DNA of 61,352 bases, the filler included, from Basidiobolus ranarum (Eukaryota), in the NCBI GenBank assembly GCA_040143965.1. It is 18 parts of 18 records of this genome, joined end to end, with 100 filler letters (N's around TTAATTAATTAA, not from the genome) between each part and the next. Parts side by side here need not be neighbours in the genome. Positions count along the whole stretch, not along the records: positions 10,276 to 13,597 come from JASJQH010002567.1; positions 13,698 to 17,018 come from JASJQH010002568.1; positions 17,119 to 20,437 come from JASJQH010002569.1; positions 20,538 to 23,855 come from JASJQH010002570.1; 14 more parts are not named here. One strand, given 5' to 3'. The notes under the pieces were generated by a model that saw nothing but the letters and a program-made list of their open reading frames with translations, searched no databases and was not told the DNA's origin. Below are positions 11,471-23,955 of this stretch, piece by piece (the stretch's first letter is position 1; each line of letters begins with the position of its first letter). A program made the position numbers and the translations under genes.

Positions 11471-13195
11471 TGATGATGCTGGTATGTTTGCTAATGAATA
11501 CTGAGGAATCGAAAGAGTGAGGCTTATATAGAACTGAATTTTGAGCGACAGATAAGCGACCAGTCCGAGCTGCATACAATCGGTTTCATCGAGCAAGCAT
11601 ATAATACTAATTAGACTCACTCCTTACTTACGAATTTAGCCTGGTTAGTCGCCTCAATATACAGTATGAATGCCTTTATCTCACTATGATTCGGTGTTCT
11701 AAAGTATGCATAGCTTCAGTTGTCAATTAGTCTTGACAGAAAAGACTCCGTGTGTTGTGGCTGCACATCTCTAGCTGACACCAAGTGTGTCACAGGTCGA
11801 TTGGGGTTTACCCGGGAGGAGTAGGAATTAGGCTGTATTGGGAATATGGATCCACTCTGCTATACCAAAACCCTCCCAGTATCTCTTCAATACTGGTAAG
11901 CTATCCTTCTCATGGGCAGAAGGAACTGATCAAGCCGCATCAGACTCTATACATGTATGGTAATATAGAGGCAATGATGGCAAACTCATGGCTAATACTC
12001 TCATGGACGTGTGCTACTACGGTGTAGCATGGCAGTCCACGTTTTTCTTTACATTTTGAACACCTTCTCAGGAAGGTTAAATGCTCCGACCCTTCACAAC
12101 TCATCAGGTTACCCACAGGGTGCTGTGTAGGCCTGATAGTACAATGTGAAGAGGCTTCACTTAGCTTATGATTGAGATTTCCAGACTGATATCTTCCTGC
12201 TTTGAGTCACTCTGTACCAATTCATTGAAGCGTCATGATTCACTCATATCCTCATAATCTGAAGCTCTACTGGGTCCTCATGTTCGTGTTAGAGAGAGCA
12301 ACAGATTTAAGCATTGTCTAAGAAGATGCTATCACAATCCATTGTCTTGGTAGAAATTAGCCGAATTGGCTTGCAGATATTAAACTGTTGATGAACAGAG
12401 TTACATTCTTGTAGTTACTCCAGATCAGGATATGTGATGATTATTATAGTAAGTGCATATGCACCTCGTGTTATGGACTCCGCCTTTGAAAGGTTGAATA
12501 TACTCCAAGTGGACTCAACAGTCTAGCATCAGTAAAGCGTGACAACTCAACAGGATTTGTACAGATAATAATTCGTTGGAATAGGCGAGAATTTGGCGAA
12601 TAAAATATAAATTGGGTAATTTCTGTTGGTGATTACTACTGATTAATGAGGAAGAATCCAATAATTGATGGAAAGAGTCAAATGGAATGAGGTGTTAAGC
12701 TTAAATCGATTAGCAGTGACACTGGTCAAATCAATTTGAATATAGTTCCATAATTGGAGTCAGCTTCTATGGTGGATTTCTATATTCTGCTGTACAACAT
12801 AATTCGTGCAATATGACGAGAGAATTTCACTTCGCTGTAATTCATTGAAGAAATTATCAACTCCCGAACTAAATGGAGACACAAATGAGCTTGGATATCA
12901 TAACTCAGAGATGATCGAAGGTACACTAGGAATAAATATTAACTGAGATAAGCTTTGGCGCCTGCCGATTTATTCGCTCTTTATCCGGCTGTTTAGCAAA
13001 TAAGCTTATATCAGTAGACCAATCGGAATCCTGAAGTTGATTTGGAAATTACTATATTAAAGTCTACGCTTTCTGAGCCAGATTTTTTGTATATATACTG
13101 CGATCTTGGGCTGCTCTTGTTCAAGATTCCTCCTTCATATCTCAGGAATTGTCAGAAGCTCACCAGTGCTGCTATAATAAGTATATAGTATTCTG

Positions 13196-13597
13196 ATGGT
13201 TTGGCGACTTCAAAATTGTTGGCTAGCAACTTTACTTGCATTTCTAATACTTCATAACCAAAGCCTGGTTTCTCCCGCCCCTTTGTTTAGTGACAGAAAG
13301 CCTAGTATTGTTCAAGAAGTAGTTTATGTTTTAGTTAACTCCTCTTCTTTTAAACAAGACAAAACCTCGAAGACTGTAGAATATTTGAAAGATATTTTCT
13401 TTTTACCTGATTCGCCAACTCCATCTTCAGAGGGACTACAGGTTTGCTCTATTATTTCTCTTTCTATTGGGTTTGAGTATTTGTGTTCTAAACTTTAGTT
13501 TGCTACTTCTAGGTAATATTATATTCACAAGCTGATTCTTGTGTACAAGGCGAAGAATCTTTGATTTCTAGTGCGCCTGAGAATGTCACCCACATAA
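13196..13597 (+). CDS. 5' part of a signal-peptide protein, possibly PA-domain type; truncated
   Basis: Hydrophobic N-terminus MVWRLQNCWLATLLAFLIL; probable intron 13442-13512; frame continues VILYSQADSCVQ to the contig end. Confidence 0.55.
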
Positions 13598-13697
13598 NNN
13601 NNNNNNNNNNNNNNNNNNNNNNNNNNNNNNNNNNNNNNNNNTTAATTAATTAANNNNNNNNNNNNNNNNNNNNNNNNNNNNNNNNNNNNNNNNNNNN

Positions 13698-13747
13698 CCG
13701 TGTTTCAAGACGGGTCGTTTAAAGCCATTTCGTCAACATCCTTAGTG
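13698..13747 (-). rRNA. Fragment (about 50 bp) of LSU 25S/28S rRNA at the 3' flank of D2
   Basis: CCGTGTTTCAAGACGGG is the conserved LR3/NL4 primer site; the reverse complement reads GGATGTTGACGAAATGGCTTTAAACGACCCGTCTTGAAACACGG. Confidence 0.85.
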
Positions 13748-14442
13748 CTCTTTAGAATAGTTCAAATAGTAGCTTTTTCTTAGAGACTTTCTTTGATGGC
13801 AAAATTAAACTGAACATCACATGGGCTTAACTTGATGCTTTTCTAATTCCTGCTCTCAGATAGTGTGTTTTTGTTGAAGGAAATCACTTCATGTAAAGAA
13901 AACTTTGGCCTGGTATAACATAGTATACATGCTTCTTTATATTATATTTAAAGATACTTTTGCATTTAGCTTCAAAGTGCCCTTTTCTTACATGCTCCAG
14001 ACACTTTTATTTGATAATGTATTGCTTAAAACAATTCTTTTATTTTCATTCAACGTTGTGAAGCTTAGAAGTGATTGTTAGAACATTGCCAAAAGAAAAA
14101 GTTAGCTGGATGTGGTTATATTCAAATTTGTTAGAAGATCTTGACATAACAAGGATAGACTTTGTATTTCAAAGGCTGCTTATGATAGTGCTTTAATTAC
14201 CTTATTTTAAAAGAAAATGGTAACTCATAGAGTAAAGAAAGAATTCAATTTTTTAAGATATTCTGGAGCTTGTATAACACAATGTAATAGATAAGTAGGG
14301 GTAATATGAAATTTTGATTGTGTAGGTATCAAGATGTTCCTAATTTGAATGTAGGGGCCATAAATATGCTGCTTTCTGTTTGTGATATAGGTTTCATAAA
14401 GCAGGTTAACTAAGATGTGGAATAAAGATTAATTATCCAACA

Positions 14443-16740
14443 CCTTCATGTAATTCTTATGCAGCATTCTGCTTAAACCCATGAATGACTATGCCTGCTC
14501 TTAACTTTTCAACACTAGTAATTTTGGGTTGTTTTGTTAGTTTCTCTGCAATCATGTTCTTAGTGTTCCAACAAACAAAGTTCTCTTCTTTACCTTGAAA
14601 TTTCTCTTTTGTAAAATAGTGACTTGTGCAAATATGTTTCATCCTTGAGTGATGTTCAGGATCATTGGCAATCTCAATATAGCAAATATTTTCTTGATGC
14701 TACAGGGTAGGATTAACTTGAGTATATCTTGTTTCCTTGAGGAAACTTCTTAGCCATGTAGCTTCTTGCACCACCATAGGGCTTCCCATATGTTCTGCTT
14801 CTGTAGCTGCTAATACCACAGCCTGTTGTTCCTCAGTAATCCAGCTAACTGGTCCACTAGCTAGCTTAAGCATACATCTAGTTTTTGGCTTTCAGTCTTC
14901 TGTACAATTAGCCCAGATTGCATAAGCATATCCTTCCAAATTGTCAGACATGGTGTACTACTTGCTAAGTTGAATTTGATGAAGTCTTGTTCCTTTAAGA
15001 TAGTGTACTATCTGTTTCACAGCTATCTAATGTTTCATTGAAGAATTTTCCATATATTTGCTTACCATGCTTACAGCTTTAGCAACATCAGGCCTTGCAT
15101 CAGCTGTCTCATTTACAAGACTTCCAACTGCACCATGCTCAGGAATTTGGTTTGTGACCTCAATATTCTCTCAGTTATTTGGTACCATATTGTTAGTGGT
15201 TTTCAGCATATGCAGTAGATTTGAAGATGCTTTACATCAGACCCTATTGAATCAGTTCAAGAGATCTTTGATGTATTTTTCTTATGCAACATGGAGTGTG
15301 CAAATACCAAATTGGTGATATATCTACATTCCAAGACAATATACCAGTGATTCAAGGACTTGCATATCTGACTTGGAAGACATCTTGGTTTTGATTTGTT
15401 GTATCAGGTATTAGCAATTACCAACTATTGTGATATCAGCAAAATAGAGAGTAATTATGTTTGTTCATTTTGATGGCCTTGACATATATGATGTGATCAG
15501 CTGTGCTACATTGGAAAAGATGTTTCATGAAGATATAATGAATTTTAGTGTTCTACATGCAAGAGGCTGGTTTGATACTTTGTGAACTTCAATGTAGTTT
15601 GCATATGTGATGTTTTCTCCTTTGGCAATTTATCTCTCTGGTTTAACCATGTAATAGTGTCTTAGCATCCATTTGTTTAACCAGCATTCCTTGGTGAGTA
15701 GTGATTCCAAGATTACTCTGAATGATATGATCTTAGCTATATAAGAAAATGCTTCATCATAATCAATATCATATTTCTGAGCATATCCTTTTACTACTAG
15801 TCATGAATTTTACTGGTTGATATTTGCACCCAAGTCAAGTTTAGTTTCAACATCTAGCTGTTACCAATACTTGCTCTTCTGGTAGGTAAATAAACAAGAA
15901 TTCATTTGTTGTACTTAATTGGTGAGCAAATTTCTTTGTCAGTAGCTTCTCCCCATTTTCTCATTTCTTCAGATTTTGGCAGATGTGTCAAAATTTCTGT
16001 TTGAAAAAAGCTATATGTGCTGCTATATTCCACCTTTTTCTAAATTCAATATGTTAATTTCATTCTCTGATTTGAGACATTGAAAGTCCTAGGTAGAGAG
16101 GTCAGATGTTTCACTTACAGGATTCTTATGATTTCCACTTGGTAGCAATTCTGAGTCCTGATAGCCTGAATCATGCAACTGGTTGCATACTTGTTGTGAT
16201 TCATTACCCTCTTGCAGTATATGAATGCATTCAATATTATCAATATTGTGAGTAATATATCTCCAAGAGTTAGAATTGTGTAGATAGTTAGCACCTTGTT
16301 ACCAAGCCTAACCTCCAGGTTCCTGATTAGCTGGAAATATACTCAGTTTCTGATCTACACATTTTGTATTGGCCAAGGTAACATCCTGATATGCAGAAGC
16401 TGATTCTTAATCATCAGTATTTTCAGAGCAATATTAAGGCTTTCTGGTATAAGGTCAGGGCTAGCTAGCCATGGCTTTGTTACTAAATTCCATTCCATTA
16501 TCACTGAATAGACATTTACGTTTTCTTCCTGTTGGGGTTGGGACCATTGTTTTAGATATTTTGAAATAGTTTAACACTTCCCCTTTGCTTGAAAAAGATA
16601 TGAAACTGTTAAGTGTGATTAATCTCAAAAAAGATGACTAAATATTAGTGCTTACTTGGTGTCAGAGTTTTCATTGAGCCACATAAATATAATCTGATAT
16701 ATCTTTGACTCTGCTAACTTTGATATTTGCTAACATCACA
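14443..16740 (-). mobile_element. Third Ty1/copia family remnant (integrase traces, RT, RNase H)
   Basis: RNase H MKHICTSHYFTKE...NMIAEKLTK; RT remnants KGYAQKYDIDYDEAFS and RPDVAKAV; probable 3' LTR begins near 14442. Confidence 0.85.
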
Positions 16741-16786
16741 AGGTGCAAGTACCACTCCAATACATAGGCTATTTTTGTATAATATC

Positions 16787-17018
16787 AGACTTGTTACATT
16801 TTATTGAGCCAGATCAGGCCAGCTAAAAAGTGAGCCAGCACAAATTGGCTTGATTGGGCACTATCTGGCATGAGGTTATTTACCATTTCAGAAACAGTTT
16901 ACTTTACTTATGTTGTATATTTAGAAAAAGTACATTTAGACATTGTTCCACATTCAAAAGATGATGAAAGCTTTATTCATAGTGTCTTAAGTCTAGAGCT
17001 CTCAATGGATATCTTTGA
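16787..17018 (+). mobile_element. AGACTTGTT-terminus DNA transposon, end type A
   Basis: Matches the copies at 38247 and 38498. Confidence 0.8.
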
Positions 17019-17118
17019 NNNNNNNNNNNNNNNNNNNNNNNNNNNNNNNNNNNNNNNNNNNNTTAATTAATTAANNNNNNNNNNNNNNNNNNNNNNNNNN
17101 NNNNNNNNNNNNNNNNNN

Positions 17119-18150
17119 CTCGGGATCGAACAGCTCAACCATGTTCTGAGCATATTTTTCGACAGGGTAGTGTTTCTTGTATGTAATTCCCAGATAAATT
17201 CCATATGTACTAGATATATTACGAGCTTGGCTGACTAGGCTCTCATAACCTGCCGGGCTATCCACAAATACAGCCGCTTCTGACCAAATAATGATATTTC
17301 CACCCTTGGATGCCAGGTCACGAGTCTCATCGAAGTAATCGGCTTCCTTGGAATCAAACGCATTTCCTATTACACACCCTAATTTTACTGTTGGTGAGAT
17401 GGTGCTGTCGATAAAGTTCATGAAGAATGTGCCTGGAAGAATATTGTGTCTAGCAGCTCCATAAGAAAACAGGATGGCCATGACGGAGAAGTAGATCCCA
17501 ACTGGCGTGGTCAACTTTTTCCATTGAATCCTATCTATCGCCGATAAAGGAGTGTCCTGATTTTGGGAAGACAAAAGAGGCTGTTGCTCTCCTTGAGGAC
17601 TCTGAGGAGGGTGAAAAAAGTCCCAGTCCAAAAAGAGATTGAAAATTGAAGCAGACCAGCACAATACGAAGTCAATTCCCGAAATTCCGACGAGTGAGGC
17701 GATTTGGATGATGGGCTCATTACCGATTTGGGAATAGGCATAGCTTCCCCAACTTCCGATTGGACTAACATGATAGTATATAATCCAAATACCTGTCCAA
17801 GTTATGGGAAACACAAGAGCCGATAGATGCAGATTGCTCCAACGTCCAATAAACACTTTGTAGACGATAAAAGGTAACGTTAATACGCCGCCTAGCAGAG
17901 AGCAACATACTATAGTTATCAACACTGCCCCCGAAGACCACTCGTTGTTTTGTAGGATTCCCAGATATGCAAACGAACTTCCAAGACTCAATGTTGTCGA
18001 TAAAAAAAGGGTATCGTAAACACTTGTATGAGTAACATAGTACAATGCAAGTGTGAGACTAAAGTATGGAAATATGGAGATACTTTGGAAACCAGGTCCA
18101 AAGAAAGTCAACAAAAATATCAATGGGAGTATGATGTGAACAGAAGGCAT
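17119..18150 (-). CDS. Membrane carbon-nitrogen hydrolase, apolipoprotein N-acyltransferase (Lnt)-like; 3' truncated
   Basis: Multiple TM segments; WGSYAYSQ...IIQIASLVGISGIDF resembles the Lnt PW.LGYSQ...Q.AS..G..GLSF motif; IIIWSEAA carries the nitrilase-fold catalytic Glu; no intron in the visible part. Confidence 0.85.
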
Positions 18151-18994
18151 TGTTAACGACGCTAGAAACTAATGCCAGTACCACTATTTATTTATTTGGA
18201 GTCTTTCTCATCTGACGAATGAGCACACAGACACAGCTTATTCATAATTCGGGTAACGTTAGGAATCTGGTGTATAAAGCAAATCTAAATTACGTAGTTA
18301 AACTATTGTGACTTCAGATTTCTTAATTAAGCCATCCAATTTTGGCCTTGTGAGTAATAATTGGGGTAAAAACCCTAGTACAACATTTCCCAAGAGCGCG
18401 TATAGTTTAGAGAGACTTATTTAGTGAGGATCTGTTTTACGTCGGCTATCATTCACATGAAATTCCATGATTTAAGGTAGCACCTTCACCGGTTTTGTTG
18501 GAATTAGCACCTAATAATGAAAAATAGATTATCTTGATTTTAATCCTCAAAAATTAAAATAGTCGTTCAAATTAGCCGACACAACTCGGCACAAGGAGGT
18601 AATGGCAACATCTCCAAGATCCCAGGCATCCCCCCTCCCGATTTTGCAAATTTTCAACTTTTGTATAATATAAGAGACGTTCACCACGATATTCTTCACA
18701 AGTGTTATAGCAAATGATATCAATTGAGTATTGGTGTTAATAATTTATTAGATCATTCGGATTATCTTCGAAGTGTATGTATGATGAAGTTGCAAAGGAA
18801 TAAACATTTGACTACCAAGTGTATTCATCTTCCGAAATGAGCATACCTAAACAACAAGCATAACACCAGTTGATCCGCCATCGTGGACAAAGCGTTTGGA
18901 GTATATGAAGAGAAAGGAAGGTATAGTTGGAACAATGGCATTACATAATGTATTTGACTTGAGTGAAAAGTTGTCGCATCTCCATAAAAATTGT

Positions 18995-20437
18995 TCAATT
19001 CTGAGCCTAAATAGTAGTTAAAGGATGTATTAGCTGTGCTAGTCGGCCAATGATCACCTTAGTTCAACATACATGGCTAATATAGTCAGGTTTTTCACAA
19101 GCATGATATTCATCGATTAAATCTTGAACCACTTCTCTCGAGTCATCGAATTCCTCAAGTCCCCCGGCGAATATTGCCTCCTGCTTATACCTTTCAACAA
19201 AGGCATTACGCTTTCTGAGACGGTCATACTGGTCACAAATACGTTTGAAGAGCTTTTGAAGTAGAAGAACTCTTTAGTGGAGAATTCTGCTCAAGTAGGC
19301 TAAAAGAAATAGGTAACATACCGAGGCGATACTAGTATGATTAGCAAGCATTAGTCCACTCACACGATGTTGTGTTTGAATGTATGGAGATTTTCGTGTG
19401 AGGGCAACTTGAATACTAGCCGGTCCCCAGGGAATAAACTGAGCAAGGCGTCTTTCACGAATTCGGAGCAGAGATTTATGTACCTCGGTAGGATCTGCTT
19501 CGCCTTGGATAATATTAAGGGCAGATATGTAGCAACTCTTCTTACTAGGGTTAGTAGAAACCATTTTGTTTTTGGGCTGGAGAAGTCGACGCATAACGTC
19601 AAGAACAGTAGTTTTTCTCACTGATTTAGACTAAAAATCTAGCATTAGATGAGTGACGAAAGGCAAAAGAGCATTAAAAATACAAACCAAGTCGCCTGCA
19701 TCACTAGTGAAAGGCGTATATGAAGTCATCAAATAGTGACATTTAGGAGTGGGAATGAGAGAAGCAATCAACCCAACAAGATCGTTATTCATATACCCAG
19801 GATACCTGAGAGTAGTGGTGCTAGCAGACATTACAGTGGACACCTATGAATTTATGACTTATAGTGAGATTGAGCGCAGTGAAGAAGAGAAGTACTTTGT
19901 ACAAACTAACAAGTTGGTTGGTTTGAGCAAAAGTGGGGGTTTCTATATGTAACTTGTCAACTGCAATCCTGGTAAGAGCAGCATTATCCAAAACGACCTA
20001 AACATTGCGACGATCAGCTTTGACGTTAGATGTGAGCGAGTTATATATCAAAGCCATACCACGCTATCAGCATTTTGAGTTAGTCTCTTTAAACTTAATA
20101 TACTATTATAGGGCTGAACAACAACGTCAGAAACTTCCTCATTATTGGGGAAAACAGAGTATGTCTGAATCAATTTCTTAGGGAAGCGATCGTTTAACCT
20201 TTCCAGAAGAAACGACCCAAGTCCAGAGCCAGTACCGCCAGCAATTGAATGAAGGAGCATAAAACCCTGGTTGTACGTAAAAAGAGTTACAAAAAATCAT
20301 TCTTCATAAGGTCCTCGATAGAGTTCCTACTTCTAATGCCTCGCTACCCTCCGCGGGACTATGCAACATATCCAATACTTCGTCGGATATAGTGTCCCCT
20401 TGGCCCTTCCCCGTGTGCCATTTTTTACCCGCTGCAG
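18995..20437 (-). CDS. TUB4: Gamma-tubulin, multi-exon, 5' truncated
   Basis: [62 protein letters not shown] and [12 protein letters not shown] are gamma-tubulin motifs; last exon AQN* inferred. Confidence 0.97.
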
Positions 20438-20766
20438 NNNNNNNNNNNNNNNNNNNNNNNNNNNNNNNNNNNNNNNNNNNNTTAATTAATTAANNNNNNN
20501 NNNNNNNNNNNNNNNNNNNNNNNNNNNNNNNNNNNNNCTTCCTTTTCAATGCTCCTCAACATACACATAGCTCTCAACATTTATTCAATCTTGTACAGAA
20601 TGTCACCTAAATATCAACGGATTCTTTTCTTGTATTTTAATGACTAGAAGGGATGTTTTGGTAACCAACAGAAAAGGTCAATCCATGACTTGTGATAGTA
20701 TGCTTGATTGAGTATCGTATTTGTGTTTTTAGAAACTCAATTCCCTTACATTTACAGAGATGAACT

Positions 20767-20970
20767 TAAATACGGTTACTATATAATATCAGATTTGGTG
20801 TATTACCTTTCAAAGTAGTCAAAATTTCTTGAGTAGCAAATGGAGTTTAAACTGTTGTGAAGGAGAAATCTGTTCGTCAGTTAAAAGTAATGCCGCAACA
20901 CCAGCGATATGAGGACTGGCCATACTAGTGTCAGAGAGCCTTTTACTAATGCTAACAACATCCACCGATG
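20767..20970 (-). pseudogene. Subtilisin (S8) C-terminal fragment
   Basis: LSDTSMASPHIAGVAALL versus the canonical SGTSMASPHVAG, then a frameshift to KGNTPNLILY; no upstream Asp/His motifs seen. Confidence 0.85.
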
Positions 20971-21777
20971 AATGTGGAGTTTATCTTGGGCTTTGGGCGA
21001 AAGGAAATAAGGAAAGTAGGGTGTTGTATTCAATAATCAATTTATTAAGTGATGTACACTTCTGTTAATCACATTCCCAAGCTGCGGATAATAGTCATTA
21101 TTGAAATAAATTATCAGTAAATCTACAAATTGCATTCCAAAACGCAGAAGGATTATCCCCAGATATCTCACCCTTTGTCCTATTCATACCATTTCTAGCC
21201 TATATCGTACTGAGACTGGTTCTCTGATGAAGAAACTATGGATGCTGAATAAATACTTTGACTGCCAACCCACAACACCTCTCTAACCGTTGCTAATTAT
21301 TGCTCTTGGAAATACCATTCGTGTGTCATGTATCAATCAAGAATGTCCGTTATAAGAAATGAAATGAATAATTTGTCTTTTTTGTAAAGATGAACAATGT
21401 TGAGATGGGTTTGGTTGATGTCCCGATGCTTAGGTATCATTGTATCATGGGTTTCCCATCACAATGAGGTTTTACATACATCGACGTACGCTCTGGAGCA
21501 ATGTCTGGCTATTTCTCTCATGGGTAAGCAAGGAATAGAATTAATTTGCCCTCATATATTCGTGAGATATACCGAACCACTAATCATCAAAATTGATTTT
21601 GTACTATCACTTACATATGTGAAGTTATGGGACTACAAAATATCCCTATATGACCTTACTATCCATTTATTAAACCATTTTGTATCTACAGTTTTTCTCT
21701 GTTCCCTTCTCTGGATAATCATCAACTACAATCTGGCATTAGAACTAAAATCTGAGGTTTAAATTTAAAAAAGTGTA

Positions 21778-22532
21778 CTATGAGCCGAATGGAATATCCC
21801 AGTGTTTAGAGTGATTGTCGAAGCCTACAGGAAGAGCAACCCCTGAAATACAAGAGTCTTCTTTGACTTTGCCACTAACTACATGTTGGCAAGCTACGGT
21901 GGTATCATCCTTACGAATATAGATTTCGTGTGGGTGATGGTGATATCCCATGTCTTGAGGTGGAAGTCTGGTCACTGTGTCGCCCTTATTGGTGATTCTC
22001 GCCAATGTTGTACGAGTGGTACCCAGCCCGAATGTATTGTACGGTGTTCTCGATACCTGAATAAGTTTCATAGAATCCTCCATGAACTTTAACACTATCG
22101 TTTGCTGTTGGGTAGACGATTTTTTTTTGGAAGAATCACCAGATTTCTAGTCCAGTTGGCCCAGTTAGAAGATCTAAAAAGACTGGGTTAATTAAACCTC
22201 GATTTATCGCTTAAAAGAGTATACTCAAACCCGCGGAAAGAAACAATGATCTTCTTTTCGTCCGTAGTATAATCGATATAACCAACTATACCGGAGGCCC
22301 CATTAGTAAAGTATGTAGTCACATTTAGTTTACTGACGCAGCGTTCACCACACAACCAGTTGGTTAGTTTAGCTTGTGGGCAGTAAGTAGCGGATGCGTA
22401 TTTGGCATGCGTCTTGAGGATATCTAGCTCCTTCTTGTCAATAGCGGAAGGATTCAGACGTTTGGTGATTGGAGTACCCAGAGCTGTATAGCTCAGTGTC
22501 AACGATGCAACGACTAATTAAAACCACTTCAT
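21778..22532 (-). pseudogene. Secreted class 3 lipase pseudogene
   Basis: YASATYC, IIVSFRG, VHGGF and RITNKGDTVTRLPP...GYHH motifs; TAA at codon 5; frameshifts; the catalytic GHSLG segment is absent. Confidence 0.9.
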
Positions 22533-23149
22533 AACTTGTAATGAAGTATTCCTGAGAAACGAATATCCTGATGAATATTGTAGGAAAAAGTCTTAGTATT
22601 TAAACTTTCTTTCTCGACATTGAGAGAAGTCAAGTATGAATATCTTGTACCTTTTGTTAATCATTTCCTTTGATGTAAGTAATCATTGTTACCTTCCAAG
22701 TTGACTTGATTTGGTAATAAAAGGTTGCATAACTCAACTAGATACTTAAAGGGCAAGCACATTTTATTAGCGCACTGTGGTTAATGACAGCTTGATTTAA
22801 ATTAGATTACACAAATTTCATTGAAAAAGGCTATTTGAATATGCATCAATTTTGATGATCAGCCAAAATAACTCTCACAAATTATGGAAACCTATCAATA
22901 CTTTTGGATCAGTCTATCAAATTCGAATCAAAAACTCTATTTTGTATGATACAATATGGCATATGCTGGTAAGTTACTAAGTCTATGTTGATCCAATCGA
23001 GTTCTTCTTCGAGGTCGTACACGCACCTCTAAAATTTCTATTTCCGATACTAAGGAGGAGATTTTTGATACTCTTAGTATCAGCAATAGAAACCAAGAAA
23101 ACAGAGAGCATGCTTATTCTATGATGTTTACATTATTATTGAAAAAAGA

Positions 23150-23221
23150 TGCCTACTGCCGGGATTGAACTGGCGACCTTCAGTTTACGAGACTGACGCG
23201 CTACCACTGCGCTAAGCAGGC
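23150..23221 (-). tRNA. tRNA-Thr(CGT)
   Basis: 72-nt cloverleaf: acceptor GCCTGCT/AGTAGGC, anticodon arm TCAGT-CTCGTAA-ACTGA, T-loop TTCAATC (one T-stem mismatch); downstream T6 Pol III terminator. Confidence 0.9.
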
Positions 23222-23955
23222 TCCCATATTTTTCATGATACTTCAGTATTACCCATATCGAGAAGCCTTGAATTTCCCCAAAGCCGTCATAACTCTTGGA
23301 GCTCATTGCGAATTGTTGAAACCTTGCACAACTTTGCCGATATTAATGATATGCACAAGTTTAATAAAGCCACTAGCTTAAATGTTACGTGAAGATCCAA
23401 GTGGCATGCATGTAGAAGGAACGAAAAAATACTATTCGTAGCTTGTATGATACCTAAAGATAGTAACTACTGCTGGCAACCCCACTAGAAACAAAGCTAA
23501 GTGGTTTTGAGGTGGGCTCTTGCGAAAATTATGACTGTGTGCGATAGTTGATGGAAATGTATCAATACACTTTTGATAAACAATATCGATTATAATACTC
23601 TTACATGAATCAAGCTTATTCGAAAAATTTAGCCGTATCCGAAAGAATAAAATACTCCGTACATGGAAGTATTTCCTCTATTTCATGAATGGCGATCTAT
23701 GTTGCAGTATATAGTATTATAGTAGCATATTCTTTGCATGTAGTGGCGCTTGCTGTGAAAGAGATAAAAGATATTTACATATTAGGTTTGGGGTTAGTTG
23801 AGCGATCAACGCAACCATTTGGTCATTTTTGTTACTAAAGCAAGCGAGTGGTAGANNNNNNNNNNNNNNNNNNNNNNNNNNNNNNNNNNNNNNNNNNNNT
23901 TAATTAATTAANNNNNNNNNNNNNNNNNNNNNNNNNNNNNNNNNNNNNNNNNNNN

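Noticed and set aside
11318..11620. N-terminal extension of the 224-aa ORF
   Set aside because: Non-ATG start and translation through microsatellite (STAQH repeats)
16870..17118. ORFs running into X residues (also 23904-24164 and 51186-51425)
   Set aside because: They extend into artificial spacers, so their boundaries are not real
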